Shown: in pieces, positions 24,550 through 35,803 of the stretch
How positions within the stretch are numbered: position 1 is the stretch's first letter
Layout: each line of letters opens with the position of its first letter
NCBI GenBank assembly: GCA_965240325.2
Contig: OZ251253.1
Coordinates: 310,001 to 374,000 of the forward strand
DNA from: Rebecca billardiae RCC1528
Lineage: Eukaryota; Protista; Haptophyta
DNA: 64,000 bases
Direction: 5' to 3'
The notes under the pieces: model-generated
Seen by the model: only the letters and a program-made list of their open reading frames with translations
What the model was told of the DNA's origin: nothing
The model's database searches: none
Made by a program: the position numbers and the translations under genes

Positions 24550-27433
24550 TCAGACCAGCGGGAAACTGGGCGCCTGCCGCTGCCAGTTGGACGCCGCCTC
24601 GTACGCAGCCCGCCTGGCGAAGTCCGCGTACGGGTCGTGCTCGCGCCGATCGAGCAGCCAAGCCATATCGCGCTCGAGCGCCGCGCGCACCGCACTGTAC
24701 ATCTCCGCGGCCGCGGCCGCGTCCGTCGGGTCCAGATCGGCTGTGTCGAACGGCCGGCCGAAGCAGAAGTAGTACCGCGGCGGCGGGAGCACCGGGCGCG
24801 CGAGCGGCGTGACGAAGAGCTCCCCGGGCCGGCCGACGGGCACGCTCGCCGCCTGCTCGCGCACGCGCTCGCCGAGGCCGGCCGGCAGCGAGGCCATCTC
24901 GTCAGAGTCGAGCACGAGCTCGAGTCCGTCCTCCGCGCCGACGGCGGCGACCGGCACGACGATCGCGTTCATCTTGGCGGCGAGCCGCATAAAGTCGGAC
25001 GAGCCGTCCTCCGCCGGCGGCCAGAAGAGGCGGTACCGCTCGCCCTTGCGCTTGAACGCCTCACGGACGCCTGGCAGCGCGCGGGCGGGTGGCAGCGTAC
25101 GGGCGGGGTGGCAGCGCGCGGGCGGGCGGGCAGCGCGCGGGCAGCAGCGCGCAGGCAGCAGCGCGCGGGCAGGCAGGAGCAAGGTCGCGTGCGGGCGGCG
25201 GCCAGCAGCGCGCGGCGCGCGGGAGGGAGGGCAGGTGGTGCGTGAGCAGGGCTGGTCGCAGCGGGCTGGCGCACGCGCCTGGACGGCGCGCGTCGGCGCC
25301 GCGGCAGGCCGCACACTACTGCCAGCTGCGCCGTAGTGCACAACAGACGCCTGGCGCGCATCAACTCTCGCGCCGCGCGAGTTCTGCGAATATTATATTA
25401 TGTGTTCTCCGCGTCGCGCGCGCGCAGCACGCACCCCCGGGGTAGAGCAGGACGGTGGCGTTGGACTGCAGCAGGCGGTACAGGTTGCGCGCCGAGACAG
25501 GCACCGCGCCGAAGCGCTGGAAGTCGATGGCGCCGCCTTGCGGCCCGGCCGCGCCCGTCGCGCCGGCCGCGCCCGCGCCGGCAGCGCCCGCGCCGCCGGC
25601 CGCGCCCGCGCCGGTTGCAGACGGACCCTGCCGCCTCCGACGCTCCCGACTGGGCGGCACGCCGTTCAGCGCGTCCTCGCCCAGCCGGCTGTTGGCCGCG
25701 CGCAGCGCCAGCTCGCCCTGCGCCGGCGCCGACCACGACGCGCCCTCCGCGCGCGCCGCGTCCGACCCCGAGCCCGGGGCGCCGGGCGCGCCGGCTGGCT
25801 CGGCCGCCGCGCCGTCGGCCGCGCCGTCGGCCGTGGCGGCGCTTCCGCTGAGGAAAATCGATGGATGCGCCAACCCGCGCGCGAGGATGCCTCGGCGCTC
25901 GAGCAGCTCGGCGACGAGGAGCGTGAGGTCGGTGAAGCCGAAGAGCTGGTGGTTCCCCACGAGCAGCACCGGCCGGCCCACCGCCGCCGAGTCCGGGACG
26001 CCGCCGAGTCCGGGCAGCCGCACGCCGCGCGCGCTCGTCGAGTAGAATTTGGGCGACGAGAGACGACGGATGGGCTGCAGGGCGTCGGACGCGGCGCGCA
26101 TCTGCTCGGGCGTGGGCGGCGTGAAGTCGGAGACGTAGTCGCGCACGCGCGGCCGCGGCGGCAGCTCGGGCGCGCCCGCCGGCCGAGCCGCGCGCGCCGG
26201 CACCAAGCCCTCGCGCTGTAGCAGGCCCACGAGATCGCAATCTCGCTCGAGCAGCGGCGCGTGGCCGGCGTCCGGTAGCTCGCGCACTCGCGCGCCGAGC
26301 AGCCGGCGCTTGATCACCGCGGCGCCGTCGGCGCTGGGCAGCACGCCGTCCGCGGTCGAGGCGAGCACGAGCGTGGGCAGCCGGATCGCCGACCAGTCCC
26401 GCCTGTTCACGTCGCGCGCGAGCGTGGCGAGTTGCTCCAAACGAAACGCGAGCGTCTGCTGCGGCAGCGCGGCTTCGAGCTGCGCGACCGTTGGCAGGAG
26501 CGCGAGGAGGCGCTGGGCGAGCACGGGCGCGGAGGCCCAGCGCGGCGGCGAGGGCGCGGCGGAGGGCGGCGGCGCGCCCGGCACCGCCGGCGCGGGCGCG
26601 GGCGGGCGCACGCCCAGCGCCTTGCGCGCCGCGGCGACGAGCGCGTCGCTCGCGTCCGCGAGCGGGCCCGGCAGCCCCGGACTACCCGGACTGCCCGGAC
26701 TCGGCGCGTCGTCCGGACCGGCGGTCCAGTCGAGCAGGCGCGCCGGGTTGGAGAGCACCGGCCCGAGCAGCACGGGCAGCGCGCTGTACAGCGGCGCGGG
26801 CGCGCTCTCGAGCAGCCCCTTCAGCCGCGGCCACGGCGTCGCGCCGAGCGAGGTCGCTGGGTTCACGAGGACGAGGCCGTAAACGCCCGGGGGCGCCTTG
26901 CCCGCGCCGCCGGCGGCGGCGGCGGCGCGCTGCGCGACGTCGAGCGCGAGCACGCCGCCGAAGGACTCGCCCACGAGCAGCACGCGCCGACCCGCCGCGG
27001 CGAGCGCGTCGAGCTCGGCGCCCACGGCCTCGTGCAGGCGCGTGGCGGGCGTGCGGTCGTTCACTGGCACGCGCAGCGCGCGCACGTCGAAGAAGGGCGC
27101 GAGGCGCTCGAGCTGCGCGGAGATGGTGTACCCGGTGAGCTCGATGCCAGGGAGGTAGAGCAGCACGGGCTTCTGCGCCGACTCGGCCGCCATGTCCGCG
27201 GCCGCGCGCGGCGGCGTCGGCGAGAAGAAGGACGGCGGGCCGTCCTGCACGACAAACGACGCGAGATCTCGCGGCGGGAGATCGCGAGCGGCGGCGGCGT
27301 CGTCGGACGCGCGGAGGGCTGCGCGCGCTCGGGTGCTCGCGCGGCGAGGCACGGTGCGGTGCCACGCGAGCGCGTGCGCGCCGCCGAGCGCCAGGATCGC
27401 GAGCGCGGCCGTGCGGCGCAGCGTCATGCCCAT
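24550..27433 (-). CDS. Phytyl ester synthase-like esterase/lipase/thioesterase acyltransferase (alpha/beta hydrolase + DAGAT-type domain), probably plastid-targeted, one intron
   Basis: LLYLPGIELTG, GESFGG, LVLVNPATS, AGHAPLLE, LLVGNHQLFG; intron 25434-25071 joins LLYPG-GVREAFKRKGERYRLFWP; N-terminal signal + transit-like peptide. Confidence 0.88.
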
Positions 27434-28144
27434 CGCAAGCGGGCGATGCACGCGCTGTCGAAAGCGCCAGAAGGTCCGCGCCCAGACGAAAGCCCGAAAG
27501 CGAAAGCTCGGAATGTGCATGCTGGCCGTCTACCCTTGGCTCGCGAGTATGGCCGCGCCACTCAGCTACTGCCCAAGTCTGCGCCAGAGCGCACGCGACC
27601 AGGCTGGTGGCAATGCGGTGGAGGTGAGCACAGCCACGTGACGGCAGCAATAGGGATTGCGGTGGTGACATTACATTTTCACGACCGGGCCGATTGCCGG
27701 CCCGGTCGGCAGCTGCCGCGCACGCCCGGAGCGTACGCGGTGAGTCGCAAGCCGGGGGTTTGAACGTTTGACGATGCACAGCGGCCGGAGCAAGGGACCC
27801 CTTGGGCAGCAGCGGAGCTCAAAATCGTGACTCCACTGCTACCTTACGACAGCTGGGCCGTCGGTGCTTTGGCGTTGGCGGCTTGCTTGGTGTGACGTGG
27901 GGAGCCCACGACGACGCCATCGCTCGACCTTCCGGTGACAGTTGTGCCGTGTGCTCGAGCGGCCTTGCTCGACGTCGAAACGAGCCAGGCCGCTACCAAA
28001 CGAAAGTTCGAAGAACTCGCGGGCTTTGGGTGATTTCGCTCGCGCTGTTCGCGGTTGAGCACGCAATATTCACTGAGCGGTCTTGTACTCACATTGCACG
28101 CTGGTCGTTGTTGTCGTGCGGCACGGTCGCCGCGTCGTCGGCAC

Positions 28145-28702
28145 ATGTGGGCCGCTCGGCTGCGCACGCTCGCTCCGCGCGTACTGGCGGCCTCGGGCGC
28201 GGGCGCGCTTGCGGGCGCGCTGGCCGTGGGCTCGCTCCCCGCACGCTGCGACGACCCGCACCCCATCGCGACGCAAGTGGACCTCCATACGCTGCCGACA
28301 ACAACGTTTGCGCCCACCTCGCAGGGGCCCGTCACCGTCATGCAGCAGGCGGTGGCGGACGAGGTGGTCGCGGACGCCGTGGACGCGGCGACCCGCGCGC
28401 TCGAGCGCTTTGACGTGGGCACACACGGCGACGCCGTCGCGCGCTGCGTCACGGACGTCCTCAACTCGAGCCACGGCAATGTCTGGCAGTGCATCGTGGT
28501 GATGCGCGGGAGCGCCGACACGCGCGTCGGCTGCTCGATCGCGTCGGTCTCGAACGGGTTTGTGGCCTTCGACATCGGCGCGACGGCGTTCATCTGCTTC
28601 AAGACGCCGTGGTACGTGCGCGTGCGCCAGCGGGACTCGGTCAAGCCGAGTAAGGACGCGAACCGCGTCGTGGCAAAAGGCACGGCCAGGCCCGCCACCT
28701 AG
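28145..28702 (+). CDS. Dynein light chain LC8-like domain protein with N-terminal targeting-like extension
   Basis: DAVDAATRALERFD...VARCVTDVLNSSHGNVWQCIV...FVAFDIGATAFICFKT parallels LC8 AIDCATQALEKY...[21 protein letters not shown]...FIYFYLGQVAILLFKS. Confidence 0.65.
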   Translation: MWAARLRTLAPRVLAASGAGALAGALAVGSLPARCDDPHPIATQVDLHTLPTTTFAPTSQGPVTVMQQAVADEVVADAVDAATRALERFDVGTHGDAVARCVTDVLNSSHGNVWQCIVVMRGSADTRVGCSIASVSNGFVAFDIGATAFICFKTPWYVRVRQRDSVKPSKDANRVVAKGTARPAT

Positions 28703-29284
28703 TCACAACCTGGTGGCGGCGCGCCGTGGCGGCAGTCGAGGCTGCGCTCTTGCGGGCACCGCGTGGGCTCGCGCAGGTCACTTACGGTGCGGAGCGCGGC
28801 TCGGCCAGTGGTGCGCCGGGACCGCTGCGCCAGGACCGCTCTGTCGCCTGCTGGCCGTGCTGCCATCGGATCGACGGCCCTGCCGAGCGGGCGAGTGCTG
28901 ACTGGTCCTGACAGCTCCTGTAATAACGGCGACTGGACGATGCACCCTGCTTAGAACTAGAGTCAGTACCGTCGGACTTCGTGCGAAGGGGGATGATCAT
29001 AATGGATCCGCCGCGCGCCGGGGGATCGTCTGACTCCCGGCGGACTCTTTAAGTTTAATGCTTACTAATCAACTAATAATGAGGGTATTATTATTCGATT
29101 ATATCATCGCGTGACTAGTCTGATGAAGCCGCCGCCGGTCCCGTGCGCGCCGACTCGGCCGAGCCGGAGCGCGCTGCGCGCAGGCGCGGGGCGCCCGCCG
29201 GGCACCGCCAACGCGTAGTGCTCGGTCCCTGACGATCTGATGCGTCCCGATGTCCGCGGGGTTGGCGACGCATCGTCACCGAGA

Positions 29285-30775
29285 TCAGTCCAGCGCCCAC
29301 CGCTCCTTTCCGTAGCCGACGAACTTGGCGTCGACAAACTTGAAGCCCGCGCCCTGGAACTCGAAGCCGCACGCGTCGGCGGCCGCCTCCAGCACCGCCA
29401 CCTCCTCTGGCGCCAGCCGCCAGCCGAGCGCGCCCAGGTTGGCGTCAATATGCTCGGGGCGTGAGGCGCCGACGATGGGCACGGCGCCCTTGCACCGCAC
29501 CCAGTTGAGCGCGACCTGCGCCGGCGTCTTCCCGCGCGCCGCCGCCACGGCGCGCAGCGCCTCCACCACCGGCGTCGCGCCGCCCGGCGGAATGCCGCGG
29601 CGCTCGTCGCCGGTGAAGTACACTCGCAGGCCAGGGTCGGCCGGCGGCGCTTGCGCGTCCCACGCGCCGGCCAGGAGGCCCATCGCGAGCGGGTAGTAGG
29701 CGAGCGGCGTGACGCCCAGCTCGGCGCACGCGTCCACCGTCGCCTGCGCGCCCTGCCGCCGGTACAGCAGCGAGTAGCAGATCTGGTTCGACGCGAGATT
29801 GACATCTCGGCGCGCGAGATGCGCGTGCGCGCGCCGCAGCAGCGTCGGGCCGTAATTCGACACGCCGACGTTGCGCGCGAGCCCGAGCCGCACGCACTCG
29901 GCGAGGCCGTCCCAGTAGAGCTCGTCCTTCGCGCGCGCGCGGCCGAACCGCCTGAACGGCTGGATCACGTCGGGCCTGCGCCGCCAACGGCCGCGCGCAC
30001 CGGGGGCGGGCGGCAGCGGTCAGGGCGGTGGCTGGTTGGAGCGGCGCGCGGCGCGGCGCGCGGCGGCGGCGCGGCCGTGCAGGGAGCGCCGCGCGCCGCG
30101 CGCGCCGGAGACCAGCTCGCACGCGCGGGCCCGGCCGCCGAGGCACAGCGGCACACACGCCACTTGTGCCAGCCCGCGCCGCGCGCACATGTGTATCTGG
30201 TACAGGTCGAGCGCGTCCACGCCGAGCCGGCGCGCAGACGCGGCGCACGCGTCGACGACCGAGCACGCGTCCGCGCGCCACGGGACGGGCGTGAACTTGG
30301 TGGCGAGGACGGGGCGCGGCGCGTGGCGGTGCGCGGCCGAGGCCTCGGCGTACTGCGCGGCGAACGAGCCGAGCAGCTCCTCGCCCGAGCCGCCGAACGA
30401 GCCGCCCTCCCCGCTCGCGCGCGCGCGGCCGCGCACGCCGACCGCGCGGAGCGCACTGCCGACCAGTGACTGTGTGGACGCGCCGTAGCGCTCGGCGGAG
30501 TCGAGGAAGACGAGGCCGCCGTCCATCGCGGCGTCAAAGGTGCGCTTCAGCCGGGCCGTGTCCTGCGCCGAGCCCGGGCTCCACTTGATCGTGCCCAGCC
30601 CGAGGCTCGGCACGTCGAGCGAGCCGATGCGCGCGCGGTCGGCGGCTGCGGCCGCCGCGCCGCGAGCAGGGCTGCCGGCCGGGACCGAGCGGGGCGCGCG
30701 TGGCAGGGTCGACGCGCGTGCTGCGATGGCGGATGCAAGCAACGCGCCCGCCCACGCGCGCAGCGCACGCGGCAT
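29285..30775 (-). CDS. Aldo-keto reductase (pyridoxal reductase-like), probably plastid-targeted, one intron
   Basis: LGLGTIKW, FLDSAERYG, LATKF, intron 30188-29976 joins DLYQIHM-PDVIQP, NVGVSNYGP, SNQICYSLL, AYYPLAMGLL, KTPAQVALNW. Confidence 0.9.
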
Positions 30776-31064
30776 GGCGGCCGCCGGGCTCAGCCAGGCC
30801 GGTGGACGGCGGGCGGGCAGCTCCCGGCTGGGCGGACGCAGTATGACGATGCGCAGGCGCAGGCATCGCAGCAAGAGAGCACTCTGCACTGCGCGAAGCG
30901 AGCAGCAGCGAAGGCGCTCGAAATCGAGCGAAGCTCGCGTGCGGCGCGGAGGCACCCTGGTCCGGCTCGGAGTGTTTGGGCGTAGTTTGGCGGACTTATT
31001 GTCGTCTGCTTTGGACTGACGACAGTAGATGTACACGGACACAGTCGTTCTGGTCGTCTTGATT

Positions 31065-31140
31065 ACGACAGTGCTGACTCATTCTATGATTTAACGACAC
31101 AGGTAGGACGGCGCAGGTCTCCTGATTCGTCGTCGGCAGT
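31065..31140 (-). repeat. Dispersed repeat family, short terminal copy
   Basis: Reverse complement GACGAATCAGGAGACCTGCGCC...CCTGTGTCGTTAAATCATAGAATGAGTC matches 58683-58738. Confidence 0.8.
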
Positions 31141-31318
31141 GCCCGATCGTCGACACGAAGTCGGCGCTGGTGGCAGAGCATAGCCTGAACCGCGATCGAA
31201 TGGCTTGAGCGCGGCCTTGAGCTGCTGGAGCGCGATCCACCTGCGCTGCGCGGCTCGCATGGACCTGCTGTGCCCCGAGCGAGGGCGAGGGTGCAGGTCC
31301 GGATGTCAGACGGCCGTC

Positions 31319-32104
31319 TCAGCCGCTGGGCCCTGGCGGGTGATCCGGCGGTGATGTAGTCGTCCCCGTGTGCCCTGCGCGGCCGCGTGCGCGCTTGCCG
31401 CTCTGCTCAGCTGGCTTGCTGGCGGCGGCTGGCGCTGCTGCGGCGTGCAGGGTACGCTTTGCCCCCGACTGCTGCGCATCCTCGTCGTCCGAGTCGTCGT
31501 CCATGGACGAGTCTCGGTCCGCGTGGGGGACAGCAGCTGGAGCAGGCGCAGGTGCTGCGGGCAGAGAGGCCGCCAGCCGCGCCGCCTTGCGCTCCTGGCG
31601 TTTCTCGACGGCGCGCCGCGACGAGGTGCGGCGGCTCGATGGAGATCGAATCCGCCTGCCTTGCGCGTCACGCCGAGGCCCGCGCTTCCCGCGCCGAGGC
31701 TTCTTCTTCCGCTTCTGAGAGTGCTGCTGCTCGCCGTTTGCAGCCTGCACTCCAGTACCCGAGCCCTGCGCGGCGAGCGCGCGCGCCGGCGGAGCCGACT
31801 TGCGCGCTCGGCGCGGGGCGGGATGCAGGGGAGCTTTAGAAGGCGCGCCACCACCTCCCTCGCGCCGCTGGCTGCCACCAGCGGGGGTTCCCTGTGGAGA
31901 AGCATCAGGCCCTTGTGCATCAGGCGGACGCACAGACACCGTCAGACGGACACTCCCATCTGGCAGGAGGGAGATGTGCACCGCGCGCGGGAGGCCGTCG
32001 GCGGCGGTGAGCCTTGCTGCGTCACGCCAAAGGCGGACGTAGAGGCGCACCCAACGATCCGACAGCCCCTCGGGCAGCAGCGCAGTCACGTCGAGGTCGT
32101 CCAT
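31319..32104 (-). CDS. Hypothetical basic protein, possibly transposon-derived
   Basis: Open frame with short ordered N-terminus (WVRLYVRLWRDAARL...HISLLPDGSVRLTV), KRKKKPRRGKR basic patch and acidic patch; no family recognised. Confidence 0.35.
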   Translation of the reverse strand: MDDLDVTALLPEGLSDRWVRLYVRLWRDAARLTAADGLPRAVHISLLPDGSVRLTVSVRPPDAQGPDASPQGTPAGGSQRREGGGGAPSKAPLHPAPRRARKSAPPARALAAQGSGTGVQAANGEQQHSQKRKKKPRRGKRGPRRDAQGRRIRSPSSRRTSSRRAVEKRQERKAARLAASLPAAPAPAPAAVPHADRDSSMDDDSDDEDAQQSGAKRTLHAAAAPAAASKPAEQSGKRARGRAGHTGTTTSPPDHPPGPSG

Positions 32105-32692
32105 GCGAGCGTCGCCATGTACACGTGTGACTGACCGCAGTTCTTGTTGATGCTGTGGCATTATTGCGATATACAGTTTATTACTAAGTGTCAGCTCTAA
32201 TCATCATCGCATCGGGCGTCTTAAGTAGCGTGATGATGGGGATGTGCTCGGACCCACTGCCGCCCGTAACGGGCAGTGGCGGCCACGAGTAGCACACGCG
32301 TCAGTCGGGAGCCCGGGACTTCCCGAGCAGGGCCGCGCGCGGCCGCCGCGGCCAAGGGCTCCCAGCGGTCTCCGACTCCGTGCAACTTGACTCGCCCGCT
32401 GCCCGCTCCGTCTGGACCCGGCCGACAACTCTCGGGGGCCAGCGGATCTCAGCTCAGAACTCCGCCTCGGCCAGCCCGTGGCAGTGCCAATTGCCTCAGC
32501 GGGCCGCTAACGGCAGTGCCTCAGCCGGCCAACGGGCGTGGCCCCGGCCCCGGCCCGGCCCGGGGGCTCCGGATCGACGTCGCCCCCGATGGCGCGGAGC
32601 GGATGTGCGCGCGCGCGTCACGCCCTCGGCCTCAGGCGCCCTCCGTGCGTGCCGCTTGCCGGCTTGGCGCGCGTCCGCCTGCGCGGCGCCGC

Positions 32693-35646
32693 CTACCCCC
32701 AGAGCACGCTCTGCGTCTTGGCCATCTCGCTCTTGACCCGCGCCACGTACTCCGCCTCCGCGCGCTCGATCGCCTGGCGCTCCAACACCTTTGAGTTCGC
32801 CTCGAGCTGCTTCGAAAAGTGCTTGTGCTGCATCTGCGTCTTGAGGTAGGCGGAGTGCTCGAGCTGCCGCTTCTGCTCGTTCTCGCGCTTGATCTGCTCG
32901 AGCTTGTTCACGCGCTCCACCTGGCGGGGCGGGAAGGTAGGGTTGGGGGGTAGGGTTGGGGGGTAGGGTTGGGGGGTAGGGTTGGGGGCGGCAGGCGTGT
33001 GAGTGAGGCCACGCCGCACGTGCGCGCGCGCGTGGCGGCGCCCGCCCGCGCGCTGCGCGCTCACACGTGCGCGCGCGCGGGCGCCAGAGCGCGAGGGAGC
33101 GCGCGCTCCCGGGGCGGCGGCGCGCGTGCGCGCACCTCCCGTTGGATCACGTCCAGCTCCGCGAGGTGGTGCGCGCGCGCGGCCGCGCGGTCCCGCTGCC
33201 TGTCCTCGATTTGCTTCTGCCGCCCTTCCAGCGTCACCTGCAGCAGCTGCTCGCGCGCCGCCTGCTCGCGGCCCCACTCCGCGACGCGCTTGTCCCACGC
33301 CTTGCCTGGCGGCGGGTGAGGGTGAGGGTGAGGGTGAGGGAAGCACGGCGCGCACACACAGAGACAGAGAGAGCACGGCGCACACACACAACGGGGGTTA
33401 GGGTTAGGGTGAGGGTGAGGGTGAGAGGGTTAGGGTGAGGGTGAGGGTGAGAGAAGCACGGCGTGCACACAGCCGCGGGGCCGCTGCATGCGCGCGGCCC
33501 GCCCGCCCGGCCGGGCGGGCAGCTGGGTGCCGCCCAGCCGCGCGCCCGCTCGCCCGGCTGGGAGCCGCCCAGCCGCGCCCGTGCGCGCGCCGCGCCCAGC
33601 CCCCAGCCTTGCGCCCGCGCGCGCGCGCGCCCGGCTCGCGCTCGCACCGAGGTCGGCCTCGCGCGCCTTCTCGAGCTCCGCCTCGTCCGCTGCCTCCTTC
33701 GCCATCAGCAGCTGCAGGTGGCGCTGGTAGGCGAGCGACTCCTGCTTGAGCCGCTCGTGGTGCGCGCGCTCGAGCCGCTCGTCCTCCGCCTCCTTCGACA
33801 AGACGGAGTCCAGCCGGGCTGCGCGGCGGCGCCAGCGGGCCAGGGCGGGGACGGGCGGGGCGGGCGGGCGGCGGGCCGGAGCGGGCGCGGGCGGGCGGGC
33901 GGGGGCGGGCGGGCGGGCGGTGGGGTTGGGTGTTTGGTGTTGGGTTAGGGTACGGGCAGATGTCAGTGTCGCCGTCGGGCGAGGGCGCGGCGCCAGCATG
34001 GTCGCCACCCCGCCCGCGCCGCCCTACTGCCCCCGCGCGCCGCGCGCCGCGCGCCGCGCGCCGCGCGCCGCGCGCCGCACCCTTATCCTCCTCGAGCTCC
34101 TTGGCGTACGCGCGCGCGCGGTCCGAGCGCTTCGCGACGTTGAACGAGTCCAGCTCGAGCTTCGCCGCGTACTGCGCCTTCCGCCGCTCCACCTCCGCCA
34201 CCTCCTGCGCGTCCTTTTCCGCCTGCCACTGCTGCGCCATCAGCTCGGCGGCGCGCTCGCGCTCGGCCGCGTCCGCGTCGCGCAGGGCCTGTTTCTCCGC
34301 GGTCTGGGCGGGTGGCGGTGTGCGCGCGCGGAGGGAGGCGGGGGAGCACGCGTGAGGCGGGGCGGGGCGCGCTCGGCGCCGACGGCTGACGCCGCCGCCG
34401 CCGCCGACACGCGCTGCACGCACGCGCCCACACGGGCGTCCGCACGCGCGGCACGCGGCCGGACCAGCGGCCGGCCGCGCCCGCGCACCCGCCCGCTCGA
34501 TCGCACCGCACCGCACGCCGCCACCCACGCGCGCGCCGGTGGCAGCACGGCTGCGCCACCGCCCCCCGGACTCCGACAGCCCGTCCACCGCCCTCCGGAC
34601 TCCCACAGCCCCACCGCGCCCCCCTGTGACGCGCCGCGCGCTCGCGCCTAGGCCTGTGGCACACCCGGGCCAGTGACACCCCCTCTCTCCCTGCCTGGTG
34701 GCTGCCGCCGGTGCCCGCCCGCCCGCCCGGGGCCACGCCCGCACGCCTGGCCGCCCCGCACACGCCCCCGGGCCCCCGCCTCCCTCGCGCACTTCTCCTC
34801 CTCCCGGACGAGCTCCTCCCACGCTCCTCCCGGATTCCTCCTCCTCCCGGACTCCGCGCGCACCTGTCTGGCGAGGATGCGCATCTGCTCCTCGTCCATC
34901 GCCCTGCGCTGCGCCTCCTCCTCCGCCTCGCGCCGCTCCTTCGCCTCGGCGTCCTTGACCCACATGTCGGCGAAGACCTTCTCCTCCTGCTGCTCCAGCT
35001 CGAGTAGCGCCATCCGCTCCTCGATCTGGTACCCGCGCGCCGCGTCGCACGCCTTGGCGATGTTGGCCGAGTCGGCGTTGCGCAGCGGGTCGCACGACAG
35101 CCGCCATTGCCGGTCGAGCTGCTCCTGCACGTACGTGCGGCGCGTCTCCTCGCGCTTGTTGCGCAGCTCGCGCGCGCGCGACTCCATCCGCTCGCGCCGC
35201 GCCTCCGGGCCCTCGCCCAGCGCCTCGATCTGCCGCTCGAACGCCTCGTCCTCCGCGCGGAGCATCTCGGACAGCTTCCGGCGGCGCTCGATCAGCAGCT
35301 GCTTGTCGGCCGCGCGGATGGAGTCGAAGCGCTGCTGCACGGCGCGGCGGCGGATCACGCCGTCGGTGCGCTGCTCCCACTGCGCGTACGCGCCGCGCTT
35401 GAAGTCCTCCTTCACCGCCTCCGACATCTTGAGCCGCTCGCTCTCCTGCTTGCGCTTCTGCAGCACGATGAAATCCGAGCGGATTCCGCCATGGCCAACC
35501 TGCGCGCCGGGCGGCGGGGCGCGGGGGATGGCGGGGGCGAACGGTGGCGGTGAGGCCCGGGCGGCCTGCGGGCCGCGGCCTCGCGCCGGGCGGGCGGCCA
35601 GGCGCGCGCGGCGACGGGCGGCGAGTGCCGGCGAGCCGCCCACCAT
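32693..35646 (-). CDS. CFAP53: Cilia- and flagella-associated protein 53-like (CCDC11, TPH coiled coil), 6 exons
   Basis: Exons 35646-35644 (ATG only), 35499-34864, 34303-34081, 33818-33648, 33305-33136, 32920-32693, all GT-AG and frame-consistent; ERRRKLSEML..E, RARELRNKREETRR..VQEQLDRQWRLSCDPLR motifs. Confidence 0.8.
32936..33452 (+). repeat. Intronic telomere-like / G-rich repeats (GGGTGA, GGGTTA, GGGGGGTAGGGTT)
   Basis: 32936-32988 four GGTAGGGTTGGGG units; 33314-33340 and 33393-33452 (GGGTGA/GGGTTA)n. Confidence 0.85.
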
Positions 35647-35803
35647 CCTGGCCACAGCTTCGAACGCCCCAATAACCGAACTTTTCGTCCGGACTGCGCA
35701 CCGGCTTCCACCGGACCAAGCCGGGCGGCTGGCGAGGCCGACCTCCACGACGGGCGCGATCGCGGTCGCCGCGCTCTCCTCGCGCCCGGGGGCTCAGCAC
35801 GCC

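Noticed and set aside
33314-33452. True telomere or chromosome fusion site
   Set aside because: Short, mostly variant TGAGGG, single orientation, inside a frame-consistent intron
34673-35803. N-terminal 377 aa of the 1229-aa ORF
   Set aside because: Antisense shadow of CFAP53 exon 2; all paralogs start at the CAGCACGCC-ATG equivalent of 35804
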